Shown here piece after piece: positions 34,544 through 44,581 of a stretch of 64,000 bases of DNA. Position numbers and translations under genes: made by a program. Source of the stretch: Verrucomicrobiota bacterium (GTDB lineage Bacteria; Verrucomicrobiota; Verrucomicrobiia; Limisphaerales; UBA1096); assembly GCA_014382705.1 (NCBI GenBank), contig JACNJE010000101.1:9211-73210 (forward strand). The letters are read 5' to 3'. Each line of letters starts with the position of its first letter. Position 1 is the stretch's first letter. The notes beneath the pieces were generated by a model. The model was not told the origin of the DNA, ran no database searches, and saw nothing but the letters and a program-made list of their open reading frames with translations.

Positions 34544-34614
34544 CTTGAGTGTGCCGGGTGGATTTCGGATTGACTTGGCAGGGGGAGGTTCGGCATAAAG
34601 CTGGGCGACGGCGA

Positions 34615-34689
34615 GGCGCGTTCGTCTATCGGTTAGGACGCTGCCCTCTCAAGGCGGAAAGACGAGTTCGATTCTCGTACGCGCTACCA
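34615..34689 (+). tRNA. tRNA-Glu (anticodon CUC), CCA encoded
   Basis: Hand-folded cloverleaf. Acceptor GGCGCGT/ACGCGCT, anticodon stem CTGCC/GGCGG with loop CTCTCAA, T-arm ACGAG-TTCGATT-CTCGT, and discriminator A followed by CCA. Confidence 0.85.
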
Positions 34690-34717
34690 TCTCGCCGACA
34701 CCGCGGCCGGCAAACCC

Positions 34718-35086
34718 ATGACACCGTTTCAAATCATCTTCACTCCCGCCGCTGCCGCCGAGCTGGGCACGCTGCCGAAGGAGCTGCAGTTGGAGATCCT
34801 CGGCGAGTTTCGCGGACTGCCCAACGATGTGCGCAGTGACGAGATGGACAACTTCGGCAAGCTCAACCGCGACGGGCGGCACCTGTTCCGCTTTCGGCTC
34901 GGCAATTACCGGGTGTACTTCGAGCGGCACGATCTGGGCGTGTTGATCCACCGCATCCTGCACGCGAAGAAACAGCTCCGGGATTTTCTTTACCGCAACA
35001 AGCTGCCGGGCGGGGAGGATCGCGTGCTGGAGGAGACGCCGGAATTCTGGAAGCTGATCGAGTCGGCCAAGTCGGCCGCCTGTTAG
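34718..35086 (+). CDS. RelE/ParE-superfamily toxin-like protein (no adjacent antitoxin seen)
   Basis: FTPAAAAELGTLPKELQLEILGEF ... LFRFRLGNYRVYFERHDLGVLIHRILHAKK matches the RelE/ParE beta-core pattern. It starts 28 nt after the tRNA. Confidence 0.65.
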   Translation: MTPFQIIFTPAAAAELGTLPKELQLEILGEFRGLPNDVRSDEMDNFGKLNRDGRHLFRFRLGNYRVYFERHDLGVLIHRILHAKKQLRDFLYRNKLPGGEDRVLEETPEFWKLIESAKSAAC

Positions 35087-35704
35087 CTACTGCAGATCCT
35101 CGCCCAACTCGACGTTCCAATACGCCATGTCGAGGAAGTGCCGCCAGCTCTCGTGGTAATGCAGGCTGAAGCGCACCTGCATAAACGGATGCCACCGCGG
35201 CTTGCGCGGCTGCCGGATCAGGTGCATCCCGGCCTGCTCCGGCGTGCGGTTGGATTTGCGCGAATTGCACGGGACGCAGGAGCAGACGATGTTCTCCCAC
35301 GAGGTCGGGCCGTCCAGTTGCCGTGGCACGACGTGATCCAGATTGAGATCCCGCGTGTCATGTTTTTTGCCGCAGTATTGGCAGGTGTTCTTGTCACGCT
35401 GAAAAATATTGTGCCGCGTGAACTTGACCTCCTTGCGCGGCACGCGATCGTACACCATCAGCAGGATGACGCGCGGCAGGCGCAGCTTGATGCTCACGCC
35501 GTGGATGCTCTCCGGATCCGGCTTCTCCTCGGACAGATCAGCCCATTGGTGAAAGCCGAACGTGTTGAAGTCGCCGTTCTCACTGTGCACAACCTGCGCG
35601 TTGCCCTCGAAGAGCATCGTCAATGCCCTGCGGGCGGAACAGATGTTCACCGCCTGCCAAAGTCGGTTCAGTACCAGAACCGGCTGATGTAACAGCGCTT
35701 CCAT
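35087..35704 (-). CDS. HNH endonuclease
   Basis: CQYCGKKHDTRDLNLDHVVPRQLDGPTSWENIVCSCVPCNSRK (HNH with Cys4 zinc motif). ATG 35704 preferred; ATG 35740 is possible. Confidence 0.8.
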   Translation of the reverse strand: MEALLHQPVLVLNRLWQAVNICSARRALTMLFEGNAQVVHSENGDFNTFGFHQWADLSEEKPDPESIHGVSIKLRLPRVILLMVYDRVPRKEVKFTRHNIFQRDKNTCQYCGKKHDTRDLNLDHVVPRQLDGPTSWENIVCSCVPCNSRKSNRTPEQAGMHLIRQPRKPRWHPFMQVRFSLHYHESWRHFLDMAYWNVELGEDLQ

Positions 35705-35825
35705 GGCCGGAAAAAGTGGCCGGGAAGCTATCACGGCCATTTTGCCGGAGTCAAACCCCAACGAAAACAATGAGTTTGGCCTTCAATCCGGCGCTGGCGG
35801 ATGATAAAGCGGCGGCAGCGTTCAC

Positions 35826-37310
35826 ATGAAAAAACTCACTCCCCTCCTCACCGCGTGCCTGTTCGCGCTTGGCCAAGCGACCCCCGAAGCGGCCAAGCGG
35901 CCGAATATCCTGTTCATGATGTCCGACGACCACGCCTCCGAGGCGATCGGCGCTTACGGCTCGTGGCTCAAGGAATATTGCCACACACCGACCCTCGACC
36001 GGCTCGCCGCCGAGGGGATGCGCTTCACCAATGTCTGCTGCAACAACTCCATCTGCTCGCCGAGCCGCGCCAGCATCATCAGCAGCCAATACTCACACGT
36101 CACCGGCGCGCTTAACCTCGGCTGCAAACTCAAGCCGAACGCCCCGAGCTACATCCGTGAGTTGACCAACAACGGCTACGAGACCTGTGTCGTCGGCAAG
36201 TGGCACATGCAACAGTTTCCACGCGGCGTCGGCGATTACGCGGTGACCGTTGGCCAGGGCAGTTACTTCAACCCGACCCTGCACCGGCCCGACGGCACCC
36301 GCGAAAAGTACAACGGCTACTACGCCGACCGCTACACCGACTGGGCGCTTAAATGGTTGAAGAAACGCAACAAGGAAAAGCCGTTTTACCTCAGCCTGCA
36401 CTTCAAGGGGCCGCACGAATATTTCGAGTACCCCGAGCGCTGGGCCAAGCTGCACGACGGCGTCAAGATTCCCGAGCCCCCCAGCCTGCACGAGGACATC
36501 ACCAAGACCAGCCCACTGCTCAAGGGCAAACATTACTCCGTCATGTACGACGACGAGGGGCCAAAAAGTTTTTACCTCGTTTATCAGGACTTCATGGCCA
36601 AGCGCTCCGCCGATCCCGCTGAGCGCCGCTCGCTCGCCTACCAGCATCTCATCCACAAATACCTCCGCTGCGTCGCCGCGATCGACGACAATGTCAAACG
36701 CGTGCTCGACCATCTGCGGGCCGAAGGCACCCTCGACAACACGCTCATCATCTACACCAGCGACCAGGGCTATTGGCTGGGCCAGCACAACATGCACGAC
36801 AAACGGCTCATCCTCGAGGAGTCGCTGAAGATGCCGTTTATCGTCCGGTATCCGCGCGAAATCAAAGCCGGCAGCGTCAGCCCCAAGCTCGGCATGAACA
36901 TCGACTTCGGCCCGACCATGCTCGACTACGCCGGCGTGAACATCCCAAGCGTGATGCAGGGCGTGAGCCTCCGGCCGCTGCTCCGGGGCGAAGTGCCAGT
37001 CGACTGGCGGGAGTCGATTTTCTACGCCTACTACAACCGATCCCCCAAGCATTGGGGCATCCGCACCGAGCGCTACAAGCTAATCCGCTTCCCCGACACC
37101 GAGGCCATCGAGTTTTACGACCTCCAAGAGGATCCGCAGGAAATGTACAACCGCGCCGCCGAACCCGGCTTCCAAAAACAAATCGCCGCCACCCAAAAAA
37201 AACTGGATACCCTAATGACCAACACCGGCGTCACCCGAGAATTCCTCCTCAAAAAAATGGGCGACAACACCAAACTCCCCCCGCGCATCCACAAAAAACG
37301 GAGAAAATAA
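35826..37310 (+). CDS. Sulfatase (Cys-type)
   Basis: Signal peptide, NILFMMSDDH and CSPSRASIISS. Confidence 0.9.
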   Translation: MKKLTPLLTACLFALGQATPEAAKRPNILFMMSDDHASEAIGAYGSWLKEYCHTPTLDRLAAEGMRFTNVCCNNSICSPSRASIISSQYSHVTGALNLGCKLKPNAPSYIRELTNNGYETCVVGKWHMQQFPRGVGDYAVTVGQGSYFNPTLHRPDGTREKYNGYYADRYTDWALKWLKKRNKEKPFYLSLHFKGPHEYFEYPERWAKLHDGVKIPEPPSLHEDITKTSPLLKGKHYSVMYDDEGPKSFYLVYQDFMAKRSADPAERRSLAYQHLIHKYLRCVAAIDDNVKRVLDHLRAEGTLDNTLIIYTSDQGYWLGQHNMHDKRLILEESLKMPFIVRYPREIKAGSVSPKLGMNIDFGPTMLDYAGVNIPSVMQGVSLRPLLRGEVPVDWRESIFYAYYNRSPKHWGIRTERYKLIRFPDTEAIEFYDLQEDPQEMYNRAAEPGFQKQIAATQKKLDTLMTNTGVTREFLLKKMGDNTKLPPRIHKKRRK

Positions 37311-37384
37311 ACCAAGCGCTTGGCCTGTGGAAGGGAAGGGAGGATTCATGTTGACTCTCGGGCAACGAGCCACAAGCATCGCCC

Positions 37385-37615
37385 ATGAACATGACGGCGG
37401 AAAAAATTGTAACCGAAGCGCTGGGGCTTTCACCTCAAGCACGGGCATTCGTGGCCGAACGCTTGATCGAGAGCCTCGACGCCGATCCCGGAGCGGAGTT
37501 GTCACCTGCCTGGAGAGAGGAAATCCAAAAGCGCTGCCGGGAGGTGGATGAAGGCGTTGTCGAACTTCGCGACGCCGCAGATGTTTTCAAAAAAGCCTAC
37601 GCATCGCTGGGATGA
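37385..37615 (+). CDS. Putative addiction-module antitoxin
   Basis: 76-aa acidic helical protein (LSPQARAFVAERLIESLD..LSPAWREEIQKRCREVDEG). ATGA overlap with the downstream toxin gene. Confidence 0.7.
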   Translation: MNMTAEKIVTEALGLSPQARAFVAERLIESLDADPGAELSPAWREEIQKRCREVDEGVVELRDAADVFKKAYASLG

Positions 37616-37902
37616 ACCCCATTCGTTTCCACCCCGTAGCGGAGTCGGAAATGATCGATGCGGCAGCGTGGTACGAGGCCAAGCGGGTCGGCTTGGGCAG
37701 GCGATATCTCAGTTCTGTTCAGGATGCGATCAACCGAATCGAGTTGAATCCCGAGCTATTCCCGTTTGTCGAGGGTGATGTCCGCCGGTGCTTGGCCAAG
37801 ACGTTTCCTTTCGGAATACTTTTTCGGGTTGAACCAAACTTGATTGAAATAACAGCCGTCATGCACCTCCATCGTGATCCAGATGATTGGAGAACCCGAT
37901 AA
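37612..37902 (+). CDS. Type II toxin, RelE/ParE family
   Basis: 96 aa; FHPVAESEMIDAAAWYE ... FPFGILFRVEPNLIEITAVMHLHRDP. Confidence 0.8.
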   Translation: MNPIRFHPVAESEMIDAAAWYEAKRVGLGRRYLSSVQDAINRIELNPELFPFVEGDVRRCLAKTFPFGILFRVEPNLIEITAVMHLHRDPDDWRTR

Positions 37903-37910
37903 AGCCCCTC

Positions 37911-37942
37911 ACTTGTCAGTAACAAGAGCCGACCCCGTCATG
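37911..37942 (+). repeat. 32-bp imperfect direct repeat (partner at 38226..38257)
   Basis: ACTTGTCAGTAACAAGAGCCGACCCCGTCATG versus ACTTGTCAATAACAAGAACCGACCCCGTCACG (29/32 identical). Each contains the hairpin CTTGT-nnnnn-ACAAG. Confidence 0.85.
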
Positions 37943-38384
37943 TTAGTTTTACTCTCGTTCGCCGGGGAGTGTTAGCTAACGGTTTCGAGCTTAACATCGT
38001 CTTTTTGACTTGGCGTTTCTTCAATTATCGGACTGACCCTTTCCCCTCCGGGATAGGTCACGCCAACGCTTGGCCAAGCGCCGGGCTGATATCCCGCAGG
38101 GATTCCGTTTTGCAGCCCCAGGTTGAATCAAAAGATTCCACCTTGGGAACAAAGCCCCAAAAGAAACCAACCCTGAAAGCGGTTGAACAAAAACAGAGTC
38201 ACCAACCGCACCGCCTAAACCCGCGACTTGTCAATAACAAGAACCGACCCCGTCACGCGATACCGCATGGCCAAAACATACATTATTTATCACTTATGTC
38301 AATAACTTTCAACAACTATTTTGGAGGTTTCCAGAAGTGCCCTTTATTATTTGGCCTGATTTGGGCAGGGAGCTTTCGGCGCTA

Positions 38385-39920
38385 TTATGGTTCAGAATCA
38401 GTCCTCGTTGAACCGTCTGGCATTGTGCAATTTATAAAAACAGGGCGTTCCCACTTATTGAGTGAATCCATATTTTTCCAATCAACAATTTTACCATGAT
38501 CAGGTCCCGACGAAAAATAAGTAAATTTCAATTGTGCTCCTCTAAAATTACAATTTCGAATTGTCATGGTTGTGACCACTTCAACGATGATATTTGCACC
38601 CGAAAAGTCACAGTTTCTAAATAGTCCCTCAAAGTAATTACCAGAGTTTTGTCGCGTACTACCACTGATGTACTGCAAATTAGCATTTCTAAAAGATGAG
38701 TTTTCAATTATGTGCCCTCTCTGTTCAAGAACAATTCCGCTCAAGTCTTTCCCGTCAAAATTTTTATTGCTCCAATCGGAATGAATAGCAGCACTAAACA
38801 CAGCAAGATCATATCCTTGAGCACTGACATTCCCTGCCGGACCTTTTGGGCCAGCTGGACCGGCCACACCTTGTAGTCCTTGCGGACCTCTTGGACCTTC
38901 ACTGCCTTGCGCGCCTTTAGGCCCCAGTGGCCCCGGGATTCCCTGCGGCCCCTCGGGGCCTCTATTCCCTCTTGGCCCAACCAATCCCTGTGAACCCTCG
39001 GGCCCCGCAATGCCCTGTGGCCCCGCCGATCCTTGTGGTCCCTCTGGCCCTCTGATGCCTTGCGCCCCCTGCAAGTTTACCCACTCTCCCCAAGTTCCAT
39101 CCGGGTTCTGCAGTGTCAGCTTTGTTCCTGCCCACTGATGCGCCAATGTCGGCTCAACTGCCTCCGCAGCTGTCGTAACTACCCATTGCCCTCCCGCTGC
39201 TCCATCTGTGTTGGCGGTATCATTAAACAGATCCACTACCACTTTCCGTCCATCCTTCGAACCGGTAGCCGGAAGTATGATCACTTCATCGGTGATCTGC
39301 TTGGCACCGTTGTCCACCAGTTTCCTGCTCTCGTACTCATCCCCGGCCAATGTTGGCACCTTCAGCGAAACCTTGCCGCTGCCAAGCCCGGTTCCTCCCC
39401 GGTAGATGCTCAGCTTGATTTGTTTCTGCCGATACTCCTGCAGCCCCGGGTGCGGCAGCTCAAGCACCACTCCATCAGTCCCAGCCGACACTCCAATCCG
39501 GTACACGCCACCAATTTCGTTCTCGCCTATCGCTTCGCCCAAGCTGTAGGTGCCCGAAGATTCTGCCGGTGGAAGGTTCGTAATGGGGACAATGCTCTGA
39601 ACCGGCTCTTGAGGCTTGGGCTCCTCACCCGGTCCGGATGGCTCTGACTCGACCTTGAAGAACACTTTTTGGTCAGTTTCGGTACGATAGAAGAACACAA
39701 TATTTTCTCCCGTCCCATCTCCTCCGCCGAGCAGTTTCCACCCAGTTTTCTTCGCCGGATCACTCGTCCCGTAAACGTTGTAGGAGTAGCCCTTCTGGGA
39801 GTTGAACTCGACTTTGACGGATCGCTCAATGTCGAGCTGGACGTTCTGGGCTTGAAGCGTGGTGACGGAAAAAACCAACACCAATGCGGCAAAAACTCTT
39901 CCTGAATACCGGCAATTCAT
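38385..39920 (-). CDS. Secreted collagen-like (G-X-Y) protein with C-terminal pentapeptide-repeat region
   Basis: Signal peptide, then 26 uninterrupted G-X-Y triplets ([13 protein letters not shown]...GPKGPAGN). C-terminal [22 protein letters not shown] and [11 protein letters not shown]. The gene is much lower in GC (about 33-45% in the blocks I counted). Confidence 0.85.
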   Translation of the reverse strand: MNCRYSGRVFAALVLVFSVTTLQAQNVQLDIERSVKVEFNSQKGYSYNVYGTSDPAKKTGWKLLGGGDGTGENIVFFYRTETDQKVFFKVESEPSGPGEEPKPQEPVQSIVPITNLPPAESSGTYSLGEAIGENEIGGVYRIGVSAGTDGVVLELPHPGLQEYRQKQIKLSIYRGGTGLGSGKVSLKVPTLAGDEYESRKLVDNGAKQITDEVIILPATGSKDGRKVVVDLFNDTANTDGAAGGQWVVTTAAEAVEPTLAHQWAGTKLTLQNPDGTWGEWVNLQGAQGIRGPEGPQGSAGPQGIAGPEGSQGLVGPRGNRGPEGPQGIPGPLGPKGAQGSEGPRGPQGLQGVAGPAGPKGPAGNVSAQGYDLAVFSAAIHSDWSNKNFDGKDLSGIVLEQRGHIIENSSFRNANLQYISGSTRQNSGNYFEGLFRNCDFSGANIIVEVVTTMTIRNCNFRGAQLKFTYFSSGPDHGKIVDWKNMDSLNKWERPVFINCTMPDGSTRTDSEP

Positions 39921-40013
39921 AACACCCGAAGAGTAACCAGCCTTAAGGCTAAATCAACCCCCGTTGAGGTTCGGCGGTTTCAACAGGTTAAGGAATCATT
40001 AGGGCAAGGCGCG

Positions 40014-41519
40014 TTAATTTTTTTGCTGCTTTTTTTGTTGGGCGGCTTTGCGCTTGGCTTGAGCCTCGGTGCGTTTTTGGGCTTGGGCTTTTTTGTGGTT
40101 GGCGACGATTGAGGGGTCGTATTTGCCGCCATACTGGTCGCGGAGGGTGTTGCAGCGGGTGCGGAGGCGGTTGAGCGCTTTTGCGTAATCCGGGTCGGTG
40201 GCGAGATTCTTCAACTGATCCGGGTCTTTTCGCAGGTCGTGCAGGTATTCGTACGGCGGTTCCTGCTGGAAGTAGCGGGCGTAAACGTAGCGGCGGCCGC
40301 GCACGCCTTCCCACTTCGGGATGGTGGCGTTTTCCATCAAGTGCTCGCAGAAGGTGTCTTTGCGCCAACCCTTCGTTTTTTCTCCGTTCATGATCGGCTG
40401 AAGGCTGTGGCCTTGATAATGTGCGGGCACCTCGGCGGCGGCGTAGCTGAGAATGGTCGGGGCGATGTCGGTGTTGAGCGCCATTTGGGCGGCCACTTTG
40501 CCGCGTTGTTTTTTTGTGGTGCGCGGGTCGTAAATGATGAGCGGCACGCGCAGGGATTCCTCGTAATGCGACCATTTGCCGGCGAAGCCGCGCTGGCCCT
40601 CGTAGTAGCCGTTGTCGCCGGAGAAGATGATGATGGTGTTCCTGGCCAAGCCGGTTTTTTCGAGATGCTGTGTCACGCGATCGATGACGTTGTCGATGCC
40701 GCTGATCATGCGGTAGTAGGCCCGCAGGTTGGTGGCGTATTTTTCCGGCGTGTCCCAGCGCCAAAAGTAGCGGATGCGGTTCATCGACTTTTTCATAAAT
40801 TCAGGATGGCTCTCAAAAATTTTCGAATCAGCCAAGCGCGGCGCCTGGATCGGGACATCCTCGTACAGCCCGTCGACTGCCTTGGGCCAGGGGAAGTGGC
40901 CGATGCCGGGTCGCTTGTCACCGTCCTCGGCATGGGCAGCGTTGAAACTGACAGACAGGCAAAACGGAGCACCGCCTTTTTGTTGGTCGATGAACTCGAT
41001 CGCGCGGTCGCCGGCCAGTTCGGTCTCGTGACGCAGCGAGCCGTCCGGCTGTTTTTTGGAGTAGGGGCCGCGCCCGATCGGCTGGAAGGAGTCGAACATC
41101 GTCTCGCGATCGGCTTGGCCGACTTTGACGCCAAACTTGCCGATGAAGCCGGTTCGATAGCCGGCCCGGCGCAGCACCGCCGGGTAGCTCGCTTGGCTGA
41201 ATTTGCCGGCGATCGGCGGCGTGCCGAAGGTAAACTGGTGCGTCCGCTCGTAAAGGCCGGTCAGGAGGGTGGCCCGGCTGGCGGCGCAGATCGACGTGGT
41301 GACAAACATATTGCTGAACCGGACGCCCTCCTTGGCCAAGCGATCCAAGGTTGGCGTTTTCAAAAACGGGTGGCCGGCGCAGCCCAAGCGATCCCAGCGA
41401 TGGTCGTCGGACAGGAAAAAAAGGATGTTCGGCCGCTCAGCGGCCTTGGCCAAGGGCGCGGCCGGGGCGGCAAGCAAAATGGCAAATAACGCCGCCGAGA
41501 TGGTAAATGGAGCTTTCAT
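40014..41519 (-). CDS. Sulfatase (Cys-type) with Lys/Gln-rich C-terminal tail
   Basis: Signal peptide, [10 protein letters not shown] and [11 protein letters not shown]. The tail reads [26 protein letters not shown]. Confidence 0.9.
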   Translation of the reverse strand: MKAPFTISAALFAILLAAPAAPLAKAAERPNILFFLSDDHRWDRLGCAGHPFLKTPTLDRLAKEGVRFSNMFVTTSICAASRATLLTGLYERTHQFTFGTPPIAGKFSQASYPAVLRRAGYRTGFIGKFGVKVGQADRETMFDSFQPIGRGPYSKKQPDGSLRHETELAGDRAIEFIDQQKGGAPFCLSVSFNAAHAEDGDKRPGIGHFPWPKAVDGLYEDVPIQAPRLADSKIFESHPEFMKKSMNRIRYFWRWDTPEKYATNLRAYYRMISGIDNVIDRVTQHLEKTGLARNTIIIFSGDNGYYEGQRGFAGKWSHYEESLRVPLIIYDPRTTKKQRGKVAAQMALNTDIAPTILSYAAAEVPAHYQGHSLQPIMNGEKTKGWRKDTFCEHLMENATIPKWEGVRGRRYVYARYFQQEPPYEYLHDLRKDPDQLKNLATDPDYAKALNRLRTRCNTLRDQYGGKYDPSIVANHKKAQAQKRTEAQAKRKAAQQKKQQKN

Positions 41520-41659
41520 GCGGGGCGGAGTATAAACTTGGCCATGCGCTTGGCCAAGCGGGGGTGAGGCGAAAAAAAGCCGGTATTTGGCGAAAAAAGT
41601 GCATAAACAGGGGTTGACACGGGGCGGAGGTTCTGGTCTGATTCCCGCCCTTTTTGGAG

Positions 41660-41971
41660 ATGTACGCAGTCGTAAAAACGGGAGGCAAGCAATACAAGGT
41701 GACCGAGGGCGCCACCATCGAGGTGAATCGCGTGAGCGGTGACGAGGGCAGTGCCCTGACCATCGACACGGTGCTGATGGTCAACCAGGACGGATCCGTG
41801 AAGATCGGCACCCCGACGATCGATGGGGCCAAGGTCGAGGCCGAGGTCGTCCGCCACACGCGCGGCCCGAAGCTCGTGATCTGGAAAATGAAGCGACGCA
41901 AGGGTTACCGCAACAAGGGTGGACACCGGCAGGATCTTTCCGTTCTCAAGATCAACAAGATTAGCGCATAA
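41660..41971 (+). CDS. rplU: 50S ribosomal protein L21
   Basis: [20 protein letters not shown] 41660 with an upstream GGAG. Confidence 0.95.
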   Translation: MYAVVKTGGKQYKVTEGATIEVNRVSGDEGSALTIDTVLMVNQDGSVKIGTPTIDGAKVEAEVVRHTRGPKLVIWKMKRRKGYRNKGGHRQDLSVLKINKISA

Positions 41972-41972
41972 C

Positions 41973-42233
41973 ATGGCACACAAGAAAGGACAAGGCAGTT
42001 CCCGCAACGGCCGCGACAGCGCAAGCCAGCGGCTGGGCGTCAAGAAATTCGGCGGGCAACCGGTGATCGCCGGCAACATTCTCGTCCGCCAGCGAGGCAC
42101 CAAGTTCAACCCCGGCCGCAACGTCGGCATGGGACGCGACTGGACGCTGTTCGCGCTGGCTGACGGCCGTGTGCAGTTCGACAAGGGCGGCCGCCGCATC
42201 AACGTGGTTACCGAGGAAACCGCGGCGAACTAG
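41973..42233 (+). CDS. rpmA: 50S ribosomal protein L27
   Basis: [29 protein letters not shown]. Confidence 0.95.
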   Translation: MAHKKGQGSSRNGRDSASQRLGVKKFGGQPVIAGNILVRQRGTKFNPGRNVGMGRDWTLFALADGRVQFDKGGRRINVVTEETAAN

Positions 42234-42255
42234 GCGAGAGCGCTGACAATTTCGA

Positions 42256-42289
42256 ATGGCGGGGCAAACGGCCTCGCCATTTTTGTTTT
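42256..42289 (+). terminator. Rho-independent terminator after rplU-rpmA
   Basis: 10-bp stem ATGGCGGGGC / GCCTCGCCAT (one G-U pair) with a 5-nt loop, followed by TTTTTGTTTT. Confidence 0.8.
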
Positions 42290-42328
42290 GACCCGGCCCC
42301 GGTTCCGGGCCGATGTCCCCCCACCCCG

Positions 42329-43450
42329 ATGTTTGTCGATTCAGTCAAAGTCCAGGCCAGGGCCGGCAAGGGCGGCAACGGTTGCCTTGCGTTTTCGCAT
42401 GAACCGTTCAAGCCCAAGGGCGGGCCGTGCGGCGGTGACGGCGGCAAGGGGGGCGATGTCATCCTGCAGGCCGACCACGACATCAACAACCTCATCGCGC
42501 AGTATTACGCGCCGCACCTTTACGCCAAGGACGGACGGCCCGGCGAGGGCAAGGGCAAGACCGGGCGCGGCGGAAGGAAGCTCATCGTCAAGGTTCCGTG
42601 CGGCACGCTGGTGTGGAAACTCCCGCCGCCCAAGCCGACCGCCGGGGAGCGGGACGTGCCCGTGCACCGCTCGCTTGGCCAAGCGGAGGCGCTGGAAATC
42701 AACCTCGAAGCCGAGCCGGAGGAGTTGCCCGGAGACGCATTAACAGAAGCGGAAGTCGTCGCCGACCTGACGGAGCACGGGCAACAGTTCGTGCTGTGCG
42801 CGGGAGGGCGCGGCGGGAAGGGCAACATGCACTTCACCACCTCGACCCGGCAGGCGCCGCGGTTCGCACAGGACGGCGAGGCGGGCGAGGAGGGCCATTA
42901 CCGGCTCGAGTTGCGCCTGATCGCCGAGATCGGCCTCGTCGGCTACCCGAACGCCGGCAAGTCCACCCTGCTTTCGGCGATCTCCTCAGCGCAGCCGAAG
43001 ATTGCCGCCTACCCGTTCACCACGCTGCACCCGAACATTGGCATCGTGGAGCTTGCCGATTACAGCCGGTTGACCGTGTGCGACATCCCGGGAATCATCG
43101 AGGGGGCGCACGACAACGTCGGCCTGGGCCACGCGTTCCTGCGGCACATCCTGCGGTGCCGCGTGCTGGTGCTGCTGATCGACATGGCCGGCACCGACGA
43201 GCGCGAGCCGTGGGATGATTACACCCAACTGCTCACCGAGCTGGAATTGTACGACCCGGCGCTGATCCACCGCCCGCGCCTGGTCGCCGCCAACAAGATG
43301 GACGAGGAGGCCGCGCCGGACAAACTGAAGGCGTTCCGGGCCAAGCTTGGCCAAGTGGAGGTGGTGGAGATTGCCGCCGCGTTCGACCTTGGCCTCGAGG
43401 AATTAAAAAACAAGATGCAACAGATCGTTGCCGCAACCCGTGAAGATTGA
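42329..43450 (+). CDS. obgE: GTPase Obg/CgtA
   Basis: MFVDSVKVQARAGKGGNGCLAF, GGDGGKGGDV and GGRGGKGNMHF. G-domain GYPNAGKST, DIPGIIEGA and NKMD. It carries an unusual insertion of about 45 aa (see findings). Confidence 0.95.
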   Translation: MFVDSVKVQARAGKGGNGCLAFSHEPFKPKGGPCGGDGGKGGDVILQADHDINNLIAQYYAPHLYAKDGRPGEGKGKTGRGGRKLIVKVPCGTLVWKLPPPKPTAGERDVPVHRSLGQAEALEINLEAEPEELPGDALTEAEVVADLTEHGQQFVLCAGGRGGKGNMHFTTSTRQAPRFAQDGEAGEEGHYRLELRLIAEIGLVGYPNAGKSTLLSAISSAQPKIAAYPFTTLHPNIGIVELADYSRLTVCDIPGIIEGAHDNVGLGHAFLRHILRCRVLVLLIDMAGTDEREPWDDYTQLLTELELYDPALIHRPRLVAANKMDEEAAPDKLKAFRAKLGQVEVVEIAAAFDLGLEELKNKMQQIVAATRED

Positions 43451-43453
43451 TTT

Positions 43454-44557
43454 ATGCTGAGAGCCGGAATTGTCGGGCTGCCCAACGTCGGCAAGTCCAC
43501 TTTGTTCAACGCCGTCACCCGGACCCACAAGGCGGAGTCGGCCAACTACCCATTCTGCACCATCGACCCCAACGTCGGTGTTGTGACCGTGCCGGATGAA
43601 AGGCTCGAGGTGCTCGGTAACATTTCCGGCTCAGCGGAGATCATCCCGGCCTCGGTGGAGTTCGTCGACATCGCCGGGCTGGTAAAGGGCGCCTCCGCCG
43701 GCGAGGGGCTGGGCAACCAGTTCCTGAGCCATATCCGAGAAGTGGACGCGATCGTGCATGTCGTACGCTGCTTCGAAGACGGCGACATTCACCACGTCGA
43801 CGGCAGCATCGACCCGGTGCGCGACATTGAGACAATATCAACCGAGCTGATCCTCGCCGATCTGGAGGCAGTGCAGCGGCGGAGTGACAAGCTGAACAAG
43901 GAGGCCAAGCGCGGTGACAAGGAGGCGGCGGCGCTGGTGGCACTCATTCAAAAAATCGAGCCGCACCTTGGCGAGGGCAAACCGGCAATCACCTGCGAGT
44001 TGAGCGACGACGAAGCCGTCTTGGCCAAGCGGCTCTTCCTGCTCTCGGCCAAGCCGACGTTGTTCGCCGCGAACCTGAAGGACACCGAGTTGGCTGAGGC
44101 CGAGACCAACCCGCATGTCGTAAAGGTGCGCGAATACGCCACCGAACATCACGGTTGCGAAACGGTGGCAATCAGCGCGCAGATCGAGAGTGAACTGGTG
44201 GATTTATCCTGCGATGAGGCGGCTGAATTCCTCTCCGAGATGGGCGTAACAGAGAGTGGCGCCGAGCAGTTGATCCACAAGGCGTATGTGCTGCTGGGCC
44301 TGCAGACCTATTTCACGACCGGCGAAAAAGAGACCCGGGCCTGGACGATCCGCATCGGCGACACCGCGCCCAAGGCGGCCGGCGTAATCCACGGCGATTT
44401 TGAGCGTGGCTTCATCAAGGCTGAGACCGTATCGTACGCCGACTTGGCCGCCTGTGGCTCGATTGCTGCTGCCCGCGACAAGGGCCTGTACCGGATGGAG
44501 GGCAAGGAATACGTCGTGCAGGAAGGCGACGTGATGCTGTTTAAATTCAACGTTTGA
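43454..44557 (+). CDS. ychF: Redox-regulated ATPase YchF
   Basis: [28 protein letters not shown] and a C-terminal TGS-like domain ending MLFKFNV. Confidence 0.95.
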   Translation: MLRAGIVGLPNVGKSTLFNAVTRTHKAESANYPFCTIDPNVGVVTVPDERLEVLGNISGSAEIIPASVEFVDIAGLVKGASAGEGLGNQFLSHIREVDAIVHVVRCFEDGDIHHVDGSIDPVRDIETISTELILADLEAVQRRSDKLNKEAKRGDKEAAALVALIQKIEPHLGEGKPAITCELSDDEAVLAKRLFLLSAKPTLFAANLKDTELAEAETNPHVVKVREYATEHHGCETVAISAQIESELVDLSCDEAAEFLSEMGVTESGAEQLIHKAYVLLGLQTYFTTGEKETRAWTIRIGDTAPKAAGVIHGDFERGFIKAETVSYADLAACGSIAAARDKGLYRMEGKEYVVQEGDVMLFKFNV

Positions 44558-44581
44558 CCGGCCAAGCGCTTGGCCAAGCCG

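Noticed and set aside
34439-35704. Integrated prophage or genomic island at tRNA-Glu
   Set aside because: There is no integrase, excisionase or phage structural gene, and I saw no repeat of the tRNA 3' end. Only a toxin-like gene and an HNH gene are present, so at most this is a remnant.
38830-39070. Collagen G-X-Y region as a DNA tandem repeat or VNTR
   Set aside because: The periodicity is at the codon level (GGN CCN NNN) with varied codons. I see no exact nucleotide repeat units of meaningful length.
41614-41642. Sigma70-like promoter upstream of rplU (TTGACA, 17 nt, TCTGAT)
   Set aside because: The -35 hexamer is perfect, but the -10 matches only 3 of 6 positions, and promoter consensus in this lineage is unknown to me. 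This is too weak to list as a feature.
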